32,000 nt of DNA from a bacterium (GTDB lineage: Bacteria > UBP7 > UBA6624). The stretch spans positions 300,001 through 332,000 of the forward strand of contig PBAU01000003.1 of assembly GCA_002716355.1 (NCBI GenBank). The letters are read 5' to 3'. A program made the translations under genes and the position numbers. Every line of letters begins with the position of its first letter. The first letter of the stretch is position 1. The notes below the pieces were generated by a model. The model saw only the letters and a list, made by a program, of their open reading frames with translations, searched no databases and was not told the origin of the DNA. Positions 9,033 to 17,071 of this stretch are shown here, piece after piece.

Positions 9033-10181
9033 TTAATTCCTAAAAGCATCCATTCCAGTTAGCAATCGACCTATCAAAAGCTTGTGTACTTCTGTTGTTC
9101 CTTCAAAGATTGTTAAAACTCTAGAATCTCTATAAAATCTTTCAGCTGGAAATTCGTTTGAATAGCCATAACCTCCATGAACCTGAACACATCTGTCAGA
9201 AGCTGTAACAGCTGATTCGCTAGTAAAAAGCTTTGCTATTGCTGCTTCTTTTGTGAACTTTTTTGAATCCTCTAGCTTTTTTACTGCTTTTTCAAAAAGA
9301 AGCAAGCCTGATTCTAGATTCACAGCAACATCTGTAATCATTTCCTGTATAAGCTGAAAAGATGCAATTGCTTTTCCAAACTGTTCTCTTTCTTTTGCGT
9401 ATTTAACCATTGAATCAAATGCTGCCTTATGTATACCTAGAGAAACAGCGGAGATTCCCAATCTACCATAATCAAGACCCTCTAAGGCAATCGAGAGTCC
9501 TTTGCCTGGACTCCCTATCATCATTGATTCATGAATGACAACCTTGTCAAAAACTAAAATCGAAGAATCACTAGTCCTCATGCCAAGTTTTCCATTAATT
9601 TTCTCACTTGAAACACCTTTTAAGTCATGGGGAACCAAAAAAGCAGAAATGCCTAAATTCTCACCATTTTTAATAGTGTTTGCATAAAGAATACTAAAAT
9701 CAGCAACAGAACCAGATGTGATCCACATTTTCTCTCCATCAACTATCCAGCCTCCATTATCCCAAGTTGCAGTTGTCTTCATTGAAGAGGGGTCACTTCC
9801 AGCATGATTCTCAGTTAAAGAATAAGCCCCTATAACACTTCCTTTCGCTATTTTTGGCAACCATTCTTTTTTTAACTCTTCAGAAGCATTCCTAAAAATC
9901 ACACCTCCACAAAGCCCAGAATGCACGGAGATTGTTACAGCCATTCCAGGATCGAAATAAGATAACTCTTGAATTGCTGCCAAAAAAGCAGAAGGAGGCA
10001 ATCCTGATCCGCCAAATTCCCTAGGGAGACTTAAGCCCATGATGCCCTTTGAAGCCAATTCAGTAAAAATATCCTTTCTGAACAATTCGTTTTCATCCGC
10101 TTCAATCAACCCAGGTTTTAGTAATGTTTCACTTAATTTTGAAGTTAAATTTCTAATCTTGTCTACAACTTGATTTTCCAT
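9033..10181 (-). CDS. acyl-CoA dehydrogenase (short/medium-chain-like, FAD-dependent)
   Basis: 382 aa. GAYSLTENHAGSDPSS, KMWITSG, QFGKAIASFQLIQ and a C-terminal RDSRVLTIFEGTTEVHKLLIGR carrying the catalytic Glu in the YEGT-type motif. Confidence 0.9.
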   Translation of the reverse strand: MENQVVDKIRNLTSKLSETLLKPGLIEADENELFRKDIFTELASKGIMGLSLPREFGGSGLPPSAFLAAIQELSYFDPGMAVTISVHSGLCGGVIFRNASEELKKEWLPKIAKGSVIGAYSLTENHAGSDPSSMKTTATWDNGGWIVDGEKMWITSGSVADFSILYANTIKNGENLGISAFLVPHDLKGVSSEKINGKLGMRTSDSSILVFDKVVIHESMMIGSPGKGLSIALEGLDYGRLGISAVSLGIHKAAFDSMVKYAKEREQFGKAIASFQLIQEMITDVAVNLESGLLLFEKAVKKLEDSKKFTKEAAIAKLFTSESAVTASDRCVQVHGGYGYSNEFPAERFYRDSRVLTIFEGTTEVHKLLIGRLLTGMDAFRN

Positions 10182-10186
10182 GATGC

Positions 10187-10807
10187 TTATTCTATATTTT
10201 TAATTGGAAATGAATACATTATCAAAGGTTCTGATTTTGATAAATTGCTTTCTTCTACACAATCAGAATGAATCCATATTGCCTCGAACTGAGGGAGCAT
10301 AACTTTTTCAAAATTAACATTTTTTAAAGTTGAAATTTCATCAAAATAATCACCGATACACAATCCTGGCTTTTTCTTAATCATCTCTAAAAGATCAAAT
10401 TTATTAGCAACATTAGGCTTGCCTCCATTGAACGAATAAAACATATCGTCTCTAATTGAGTTCATAATTGTCCAACAAGGTTTGTTGCTCCCATTTGAAA
10501 AATAAATAGCATCTAAGCTTGAAACTGTTTTAAATTTCAATTCTCTTCCTTGAGAAAAGCCTTTTATCCATGAGAAAGCTATCCTTAAACCCATGATTGA
10601 ACCTGGACCATTTACAAGAATAACACCTTTCACATTACCCAGAACCCTATTGAAAGAATTAAAAAAGTCATTAATTTTTAATAAATTTTCGAAAAGAAAA
10701 TTTGATTGAAAAACCTTAGAGGCAATAATTGAATCTTTTTCAGCAATTGAAAAACCTGAAAAAGGACCTGTTGGATCTATTATGAGCCAAGTGCCTTTAT
10801 CTTTCAT
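10187..10807 (-). CDS. tsaB: tRNA t6A37 threonylcarbamoyl-transfer complex dimerisation subunit TsaB (YeaZ family)
   Basis: VNGPGSIMGLRIAFSWIKGF matches the GPGSFTGLRIG motif. Size ~206 aa and position immediately downstream of tsaE. Divergent overall. Confidence 0.75.
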   Translation of the reverse strand: MKDKGTWLIIDPTGPFSGFSIAEKDSIIASKVFQSNFLFENLLKINDFFNSFNRVLGNVKGVILVNGPGSIMGLRIAFSWIKGFSQGRELKFKTVSSLDAIYFSNGSNKPCWTIMNSIRDDMFYSFNGGKPNVANKFDLLEMIKKKPGLCIGDYFDEISTLKNVNFEKVMLPQFEAIWIHSDCVEESNLSKSEPLIMYSFPIKNIE

Positions 10808-11210
10808 TTTTTAAAACCGAAATATGCCTTTTGCCATTGATCTCATTAATATTAATCACCACAAAACCACTGGATATTTCATGACCCCATTCAACAAATA
10901 TTAAATGAGGATCTTGCTCTAGATATTCAATGATGAATGATTGCATAAAACTTTTACTTTTTTTATATTTATAAAAATCAACATGAACAACAAAGCTATT
11001 AGGAATCAAGTAACTTAGAGCACTTAAATAAGTTGGGGATTGAACATCGTCTACAGAGCCACCTAAAGCTTTGACAAACCCTTTAACCATCTCTGTCTTC
11101 CCTACTCCAAGATCACCATTAAGAAATACAACATCACCTTTCTTCAGGCCTTTAAGAATCTTCTCTGCTGCCTGATGTGTTTCATTAACGCTTTTGCTTA
11201 CTATCGCCAA
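10797..11210 (-). CDS. tsaE: tRNA t6A37 threonylcarbamoyl-transfer complex ATPase TsaE (YjeE family)
   Basis: Walker A LNGDLGVGKTEMVKGF, SPTY motif, HVDFYK, 137 aa. TTG start overlaps the thiL stop. Confidence 0.85.
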   Translation of the reverse strand: MAIVSKSVNETHQAAEKILKGLKKGDVVFLNGDLGVGKTEMVKGFVKALGGSVDDVQSPTYLSALSYLIPNSFVVHVDFYKYKKSKSFMQSFIIEYLEQDPHLIFVEWGHEISSGFVVININEINGKRHISVLKNER

Positions 11211-12097
11211 ACTATCTCACTTCCCTTGCCATACCAGTCAGGAACATTGCCTTTTTCCATTTTTCCAATAATTGAAAAAGGCAAATCTAAACTTTTAGCA
11301 ATATCTTTTACTTTTTTTTTGTTCTTTTCCTCAAAGGTTAAAAGAAACTCGTAATCTCCTCCCTGTTTATAAAACATTTCAGGATCTAAATTCAACTCAG
11401 AAAAAATATTTTTCATGGAATCAGAATATGGAATTTCAGAAAAAATATTTGGTTTCAAATTTGATTTACGGCAAATGTTAGCAAGATCAAAGCCGATACC
11501 GTCAGTTATGTCAGTCATTGCTGAAGCATATCTTGCAGCCATTATTGGAAATTTAATATTAGGACAAGGCTTTAAAGCCTGTTTTACAAAATCACGGTAT
11601 CCTTCAATTTTATTGATGGCTAAATACCAACCTAAAGGCCTACTCCCTATCCATCCAGTAACACCTATCAAATCCCCTTTCTTTGCTGAAGACAAACCAG
11701 GACCGACAGCATTAAAACCTATAACGGAGATTGAGAAAACAATATCACTAGAGGTTTGTGAAAGATCCCCTCCAACAACACTTAAATTAAAATATTTTGA
11801 AACATCACTTAAAGCTTTTACAGCTTTTTTTATAACTGATTCATCAGTCCTGCTAGGGAAACAAAATGAAGCCATGATTAATTTTGGATTCGATCCAACA
11901 GCTGCAACATCAGTTATAGCTCCTGCAACAGAATTCCAAATGCCTTCCTCAATCCAATTCTCTCTATCTAAAAGAAAATGCCTTCCTTGTATTGAGGAGT
12001 CTACAGACATGGCAATGCCATCTTTTTCCCAATAGGAATCATCTCCAGTTAAAGGAAATGCCTTCTTTATCAGTTTTATGACATCTGTTTCCTTCAT
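11201..12097 (-). CDS. thiL: thiamine-monophosphate kinase (AIR-synthase-related PurM-like fold)
   Basis: N-terminal IKLIKKAFPLTGDDSYW (GDD motif), GGDLSQ, and synteny thiL-tsaE-tsaB as in the Bacillus subtilis thiL-tsaE-tsaB-rimI-tsaD operon. Assignment within the PurM superfamily rests on motifs and context. Confidence 0.75.
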   Translation of the reverse strand: MKETDVIKLIKKAFPLTGDDSYWEKDGIAMSVDSSIQGRHFLLDRENWIEEGIWNSVAGAITDVAAVGSNPKLIMASFCFPSRTDESVIKKAVKALSDVSKYFNLSVVGGDLSQTSSDIVFSISVIGFNAVGPGLSSAKKGDLIGVTGWIGSRPLGWYLAINKIEGYRDFVKQALKPCPNIKFPIMAARYASAMTDITDGIGFDLANICRKSNLKPNIFSEIPYSDSMKNIFSELNLDPEMFYKQGGDYEFLLTFEEKNKKKVKDIAKSLDLPFSIIGKMEKGNVPDWYGKGSEIVWR

Positions 12098-12107
12098 TCA
12101 AAAAACT

Positions 12108-12569
12108 TTAATTATCTTTAGCGACTTTTTCAAGAGCACTGAGTAAAGCTTCAAGATTTTCAATAACAACCTTTTTTATAAGCTTATCTATAAGGGGGCC
12201 AACTAAAGGAACCCCTGCATCATACTCTAAAGAAATAGAGGATTCACAACCATTTTGAACATCCTCAAACATCCAAGCTCCGTTATAGATCTTGAATGAA
12301 CCTTCGGTTTGAACAAATTGACATTTTTTGTTTTCGATATCCCATGAATCCTCTTCAATCCAACTTAAATCTTTTTTAATTGGCCCTGCTTCAAGCACCC
12401 CATCCCAAGCAACCGTTTGCACAATAAGGCCATTCTTTTCTTTCTTCTTTAAAATCTTAACCGATTTTACTCCTGGCATTTGCTTAGCAAGGATTTCAGG
12501 ATTCATTGAAAGCTCTATCGCTTTCAGTGAATCACAATCTATAAATTTAGATATTTTGACGGTGTCCAT
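12108..12569 (-). CDS. small SRPBCC-like (cyclase/dehydrase, START-fold) protein, function unknown
   Basis: 153 aa, alpha/beta pattern with a long C-terminal helix (LIDKLIKKVVIENLEALLSALEKV) typical of the SRPBCC fold; weak call. The ATG at 12569 overlaps the upstream lyase by 31 nt. An alternative ATG at 12506 would remove the overlap. No clear SD at either. Confidence 0.45.
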   Translation of the reverse strand: MDTVKISKFIDCDSLKAIELSMNPEILAKQMPGVKSVKILKKKEKNGLIVQTVAWDGVLEAGPIKKDLSWIEEDSWDIENKKCQFVQTEGSFKIYNGAWMFEDVQNGCESSISLEYDAGVPLVGPLIDKLIKKVVIENLEALLSALEKVAKDN

Positions 12570-13909
12570 AAAAAATCTTCAAAAAGTGACTGAAAATGTC
12601 TTAACTTTTTTGCCTCCTTTTTAAATTTTACAGCAGGCAGGGAGTCCTTATTTTCAGAAATTATTTCAAAAGCTTGTTTTATGTATAAAAAATGATCACT
12701 AGTATAAGTTCTACGTGGAATTGCTAATCTCAAATACTCTCCTGGGCAAGAAATTTGCTGCCCTTGATTGTCTCTGCCAGCACATAAACTTCCTATTTCA
12801 GATGTTCTTATTCCAGCAACTAAATAGAGTGCCAATGAAAGAGACTGAGCTGGGAAATCATCATTTTTCAAATGTTTTAACCACTTGCCAGCATCTATAT
12901 AAACTGCATGTCCTCCTGGATTAACGCAAGGAATACCAACACCTGTCAAAAGGTCATAAAGAAACCTGATCTCACCAATTCGATGTTTCAAGTATCTGGG
13001 ATCTAAAGCCTCTCGTAAACCAACAGACAAAGCATTCATATCCCTACCAGCCAAACCTCCATATGTTATGAAGCCTTCTTTTAAAATCTCAAGTTCAACC
13101 AGTTTTTCATACCTTTCCTTGTCGCTTTTATCGTTCAGTGCAATAAATCCACCAATATTAACAAGTCCATCTTTTTTTGAACTCATCCAGGCTCCATCAC
13201 TTAATGCACAAGTTTGAAATGCACATTCCTGCGGACTCTCACCCTCTCCCTGTAAATATTGAAAATAACTATTTTCAGCAATTCTTGCCATGTCAATCCA
13301 CATTTTTACACCATACGAATCAGCAATTTTTTTAACTTTCTTCAAATTATTTAAACTGACAGGCAAGCCACCAGCGCTATTGCAAGTCACCGTTGCAACA
13401 ATAAGGTCAATATCCTCATTTTTTAAAAAATCTTCAAGCAAGCCAAGATCAAAATTTCCACCAAAGGTATCATCTTGTTTATCAAGGCATGAAAAAATAT
13501 TCATTCCCGACTCAAGAGCATGTGCTGTAGTTGTATCAAAAAGATGATTACTGACTACACCTTTTTTATCTTGGCCAAATGCTGAAAACAAAATATCTTC
13601 TGCTGCTCTTCCTTGGTGAGTTGGTATAACAACCTTATATCCAAATAAATCTTTTACACTTTTTTGCAAAGCATAAAAAGATTGGCTACCTGCATAAGAT
13701 TCATCGCCAGAAAGAATAGCAGCCCACTGGTTATGGCTCATCGAACCTGTTCCAGAGTCAGTTAAAAGATCAATTGTCACAAGAGAAGATGAAACATTAA
13801 AAAGGTTATAGCCTGAATCAACTAAAGCTTTTTTTCTTTCTTCTGGAGATGGGTTAGGTATAGGCTCAACCGCCTTTATTCTCCATGGAGATGGATTATT
13901 GGAATTCAC
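12539..13909 (-). CDS. PLP-dependent beta-eliminating lyase, tryptophanase / tyrosine phenol-lyase family
   Basis: PWRIKAVEPI, IDLLTDSGTGSMSHNQWAAILSGDESYAGSQSFY, IPTHQGRAAE and the PLP-lysine motif SSKKDGLVNIGGF. These closely parallel E. coli TnaA and Citrobacter TPL. GTG start abuts the orf106 stop. The substrate (Trp or Tyr) cannot be decided by eye. Confidence 0.9.
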   Translation of the reverse strand: MNSNNPSPWRIKAVEPIPNPSPEERKKALVDSGYNLFNVSSSLVTIDLLTDSGTGSMSHNQWAAILSGDESYAGSQSFYALQKSVKDLFGYKVVIPTHQGRAAEDILFSAFGQDKKGVVSNHLFDTTTAHALESGMNIFSCLDKQDDTFGGNFDLGLLEDFLKNEDIDLIVATVTCNSAGGLPVSLNNLKKVKKIADSYGVKMWIDMARIAENSYFQYLQGEGESPQECAFQTCALSDGAWMSSKKDGLVNIGGFIALNDKSDKERYEKLVELEILKEGFITYGGLAGRDMNALSVGLREALDPRYLKHRIGEIRFLYDLLTGVGIPCVNPGGHAVYIDAGKWLKHLKNDDFPAQSLSLALYLVAGIRTSEIGSLCAGRDNQGQQISCPGEYLRLAIPRRTYTSDHFLYIKQAFEIISENKDSLPAVKFKKEAKKLRHFQSLFEDFLWTPSKYLNL

Positions 13910-14230
13910 CTATCTATTTGAAACTCTGCTTTTCTTTTCTCTCAATAAAGCAACAGCTAAGTATTGATCGAAAATCTCATCTAAGGAGCCAACAGCAGAA
14001 ATTGCTGTGTTCCTATTTACAAGAGGGCCGAACTTTCTTTTTATAACATCGTCTAAAGATTTTAGACCATTTTGATTTAATTCTTTTTTCGACATTTTTG
14101 CGAAAATATCCCTATGTTTAAAAAACAGTTTTCCATCCTCCTCGTATATAACGCCTGAAAACTGAAAATCTTGAAGCTCCGAAAGCCTTCTGTATTCAAT
14201 AACAAACTTTCTACGAATTACACCCAGCAT
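13910..14230 (-). CDS. hypothetical protein (106 aa), no family recognised
   Basis: The ORF exactly fills the gap between the M24 peptidase stop (14247) and the lyase start (13909) on the same strand, in AT-rich DNA where random ORFs of this length are unlikely. No SD upstream of ATG 14230. Confidence 0.45.
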   Translation of the reverse strand: MLGVIRRKFVIEYRRLSELQDFQFSGVIYEEDGKLFFKHRDIFAKMSKKELNQNGLKSLDDVIKRKFGPLVNRNTAISAVGSLDEIFDQYLAVALLREKKSRVSNR

Positions 14231-14246
14231 AAGGGAGTATTATATT

Positions 14247-15311
14247 TTAGAAAAAATCAGAAAAGACATCAATCCCCAAATTGATAACCTTTTTATCAAC
14301 GATAAGGTATGAATCTTCAATTCTTACTCCATATTTATCTTTTATATAAATTCCAGGCTCTATTGTTACCGCCATTCCATCAAGCATGATATCTTTTGAA
14401 TTTTGAGCTAAGCGTGGCTCTTCATGAACCTCTCTTCCTATCCCATGACCCAACGAATGTCCAAAAAAATCACCATATCCGAATTTTTTTATAACATCTC
14501 TTGCTGATACATCAAGATCATGGCCAGAAGCGCCAATAGCCAAATGCGACTCAGCTTCTTTTTTTGCACTATTCACAATGTCAAAAATTTTCAATAAGCC
14601 CTCAGTTGGCTTTTTTCCAGGAACAGCCCATGTTCTTGTCATATCACTTGACCATCCATCCAAACAAACACCTAGGTCCAACGTTAGTGGTTCTCCTGGC
14701 TCAAGAATCTTATCCGTAAATGATGCATGGGGTCTAGATGCATTTTTTCCTGAAGCTACTATTGGATCAAAAGCCATTTTAGAGGCACCTTTCTTGACTG
14801 CATATGAAATAATCTCAGCAGCCAGATCCCTTTCTGATATGCCCGGCTTAACCATCTCCCTAATATGATTAAAAAGATCAGCATTAAGCTTTGAGCTTTC
14901 CACCAAGCCGACAATTTCACTTTTGTTTTTTTGAGACCTTGCAAAATTAATCTCATGATCGATGGCAACCAGTTCAGCATTTAAGACCTTCTGCAAAGAT
15001 TCTTTTTGATTTTGTGAATTTCTTGAAGCAAGATAGCCAACACGTTCAACCTTTTTTTTAAAAAAATAATCCAAAGTATTTTTCAAAAGATTACCGGTTG
15101 GAGCACAATAAACATCAAGGTTTTCAACTTTTAAATCTTCGGCTATCTCATGATATCTAAAATCAACACCTAATACAGCTCCGGAATCGCTAACTAACAG
15201 AACACCTGTCGAACCTGAAAAACCCGCAAGCCACAAAAGATGAACGGGATCTGAGAAAACAACAATATCCAAATTTGAATCATTTATTATTTTTTGAACT
15301 TTGTCTAACAT
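14247..15311 (-). CDS. Xaa-Pro peptidase, metallopeptidase family M24B
   Basis: Creatinase-like N-domain plus pita-bread domain with metal ligands in DLGVCLDGWSSDMTRT, HSLGHGIGREVHEEP, VTIEPGIY and GVRIEDS. Confidence 0.9.
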   Translation of the reverse strand: MLDKVQKIINDSNLDIVVFSDPVHLLWLAGFSGSTGVLLVSDSGAVLGVDFRYHEIAEDLKVENLDVYCAPTGNLLKNTLDYFFKKKVERVGYLASRNSQNQKESLQKVLNAELVAIDHEINFARSQKNKSEIVGLVESSKLNADLFNHIREMVKPGISERDLAAEIISYAVKKGASKMAFDPIVASGKNASRPHASFTDKILEPGEPLTLDLGVCLDGWSSDMTRTWAVPGKKPTEGLLKIFDIVNSAKKEAESHLAIGASGHDLDVSARDVIKKFGYGDFFGHSLGHGIGREVHEEPRLAQNSKDIMLDGMAVTIEPGIYIKDKYGVRIEDSYLIVDKKVINLGIDVFSDFF

Positions 15312-15353
15312 ACTTATACAAATTCTAGAAGATTTAAATTAATATTAAAAACA

Positions 15354-16046
15354 ATGGATAATTCAATTTTTAATTATTGGTTCTATATTTTGCCAGCTTT
15401 TATACTTGGATCGATACCTTCAGGATATCTTTTAACGAAAATATTATTCAAAAAAGACGTACGACAATATGGTTCAAAAAACATCGGATCTACAAATGTT
15501 GGAAGAACTTTTGGCTCAAAATATGGATACATAACACTTTTTCTAGATATGCTAAAAGGTTATATTGGTGTTTTAATTTCATATAATTTGCTAACTTCAA
15601 AATATATATCATTAGAAAACCCTCAAGTAGAGCATGTTAACCTAATAATCTCATTCCTGCCTCTTTTTGCAGTTTTAGGTCATGCTTATTCTCCATTTAT
15701 GAAATGGAAAGGAGGAAAAGGGGTTGCAACAACATTTGGATCATTTATTTTTTTTAACTTTGAATACATGCTGATTTGTCTTTCTGCTTACCTAATAACA
15801 ATAAAAAAATCAAAATTTGTTTCACTTGGATCTATTATTTCAACATGTTTGCTTCCATTAACTTCTTATCTTTATCTTGAGGAAAACTTAAAAATCATCC
15901 ATAAAAATGGAAATTATTACCTTGAATCTAATGACTATACTTCATACATACTTATTCAAACATTACCTATAATCATTTTAGTTATGTTTCTACATAGGGA
16001 AAATATCAAAAGGCTCAAAGAAGGAAGTGAGAGCCAGATAAAATGA
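15354..16046 (+). CDS. plsY: acyl-phosphate:glycerol-3-phosphate acyltransferase
   Basis: GSIPSGYLLTK, GSKNIGSTNVGRTFG, GHAYSPFMKWKGGKGVAT and a C-terminal HRENIKRLKEG. About 30 aa longer than typical because of an insertion before the last TM. Confidence 0.9.
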   Translation: MDNSIFNYWFYILPAFILGSIPSGYLLTKILFKKDVRQYGSKNIGSTNVGRTFGSKYGYITLFLDMLKGYIGVLISYNLLTSKYISLENPQVEHVNLIISFLPLFAVLGHAYSPFMKWKGGKGVATTFGSFIFFNFEYMLICLSAYLITIKKSKFVSLGSIISTCLLPLTSYLYLEENLKIIHKNGNYYLESNDYTSYILIQTLPIIILVMFLHRENIKRLKEGSESQIK

Positions 16047-17023
16047 AAATTCATGTAGCTGGATTTGGATCATGGGGAATAGCTTTCTCAAACCTTTTAG
16101 CAAAACAAAATGCTGACGTAAAAATACTTACAACAGGTTTTGAAAATCCTCAGAATTTCAACGCCACAAGATCACATCCTTTATTTAAAGAATTAACATT
16201 GCATAAAAATATACAAGCAATAGATAAAGATCAATATCTAAAAAAACCTGATCTTTTAGTTTGGGCTGTACCAACAAAATTCACTGAACAATGGCTGAAT
16301 AAAGATTTTGTAAAAAAATACTCAGATGTAGATATCCTTGTTTTGTCAAAAGGGTTATCTCCTGAGGGCTTTAACCCAATTGGCAATTGGCTTAATCATT
16401 ACCTAAAAAACGACATTTACATTCTCTCTGGTCCTAATTTTGCTACTGAAATCATCCATGGTCTACCAGCAGCAACTGTAATTGCTGGAGAAAAAAGACC
16501 TGAATCAATAGAAAAAATATTAAAAACAAGTTCCTTGAGAGCTTATTACTCCAATGATATTCTTGGTGTAAGTCTAGGTGGCATATTGAAAAATGTTTAT
16601 GCTATAGGTTCAGGCATGGTTGATGGTGCGAGTTTAGGAAAAAGTGCAAGAGCTGCAATGATATCAAGAGCACTAGTTGAAATGTCAAGAGTTTTTGAAC
16701 ACTTCAACGCTAACAAAGAAACTTTATGGGGTCTTGCTGGACTTGGAGATCTAATACTTACAGCAACAGGAAAAGACAGTAAGAATTGGCAATTAGGAAA
16801 CCAGATTGCAAAAGGTTTAAATCTTGAAGATGCTTTAAGTAAGCTAACAGGAGAAAGCGAAGGCATAAGAACATTAAAAGGGCTTATTGAACTATCAGAA
16901 GAAACAAACATAGACATTCCTTTAGCCCATGCAGTAAATAATGTTATTCATAAACAGTACACTGTAAAAGATGCAGTAAAAAACTTACTGCAGAGACCAT
17001 CAAAAAAAACAGAAATTGAATAA
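16043..17023 (+). CDS. gpsA: NAD(P)H-dependent glycerol-3-phosphate dehydrogenase
   Basis: N-terminal GFGSWG dinucleotide fold, SGPNFATEI, LKNVYAIGSGM and GLGDLILT motifs. ATGA overlap with the plsY stop. Confidence 0.9.
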   Translation: MKIHVAGFGSWGIAFSNLLAKQNADVKILTTGFENPQNFNATRSHPLFKELTLHKNIQAIDKDQYLKKPDLLVWAVPTKFTEQWLNKDFVKKYSDVDILVLSKGLSPEGFNPIGNWLNHYLKNDIYILSGPNFATEIIHGLPAATVIAGEKRPESIEKILKTSSLRAYYSNDILGVSLGGILKNVYAIGSGMVDGASLGKSARAAMISRALVEMSRVFEHFNANKETLWGLAGLGDLILTATGKDSKNWQLGNQIAKGLNLEDALSKLTGESEGIRTLKGLIELSEETNIDIPLAHAVNNVIHKQYTVKDAVKNLLQRPSKKTEIE

Positions 17024-17031
17024 GATTTATA

Positions 17032-17053
17032 GGGAGTGCAATGCTGCACTCCC
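17032..17053. terminator. bidirectional intrinsic-terminator-like hairpin between convergent gpsA and the giant gene
   Basis: Perfect 9-bp stem GGGAGTGCA (17032-17040) / TGCACTCCC (17045-17053) with a 4-nt loop ATGC, flanked by A/T-rich sequence on both sides. It sits in the 48-bp spacer between the two stop codons. Confidence 0.6.
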
Positions 17054-17071
17054 CAATATTTCATTTATCTC

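Noticed and set aside
11415-12035. A long (206 aa) plus-strand ORF antisense to thiL.
   Set aside because: It has no family motifs or SD and lies entirely inside thiL, which has the GDD motif and conserved thiL-tsaE-tsaB synteny. It is probably a frame kept open by codon bias.
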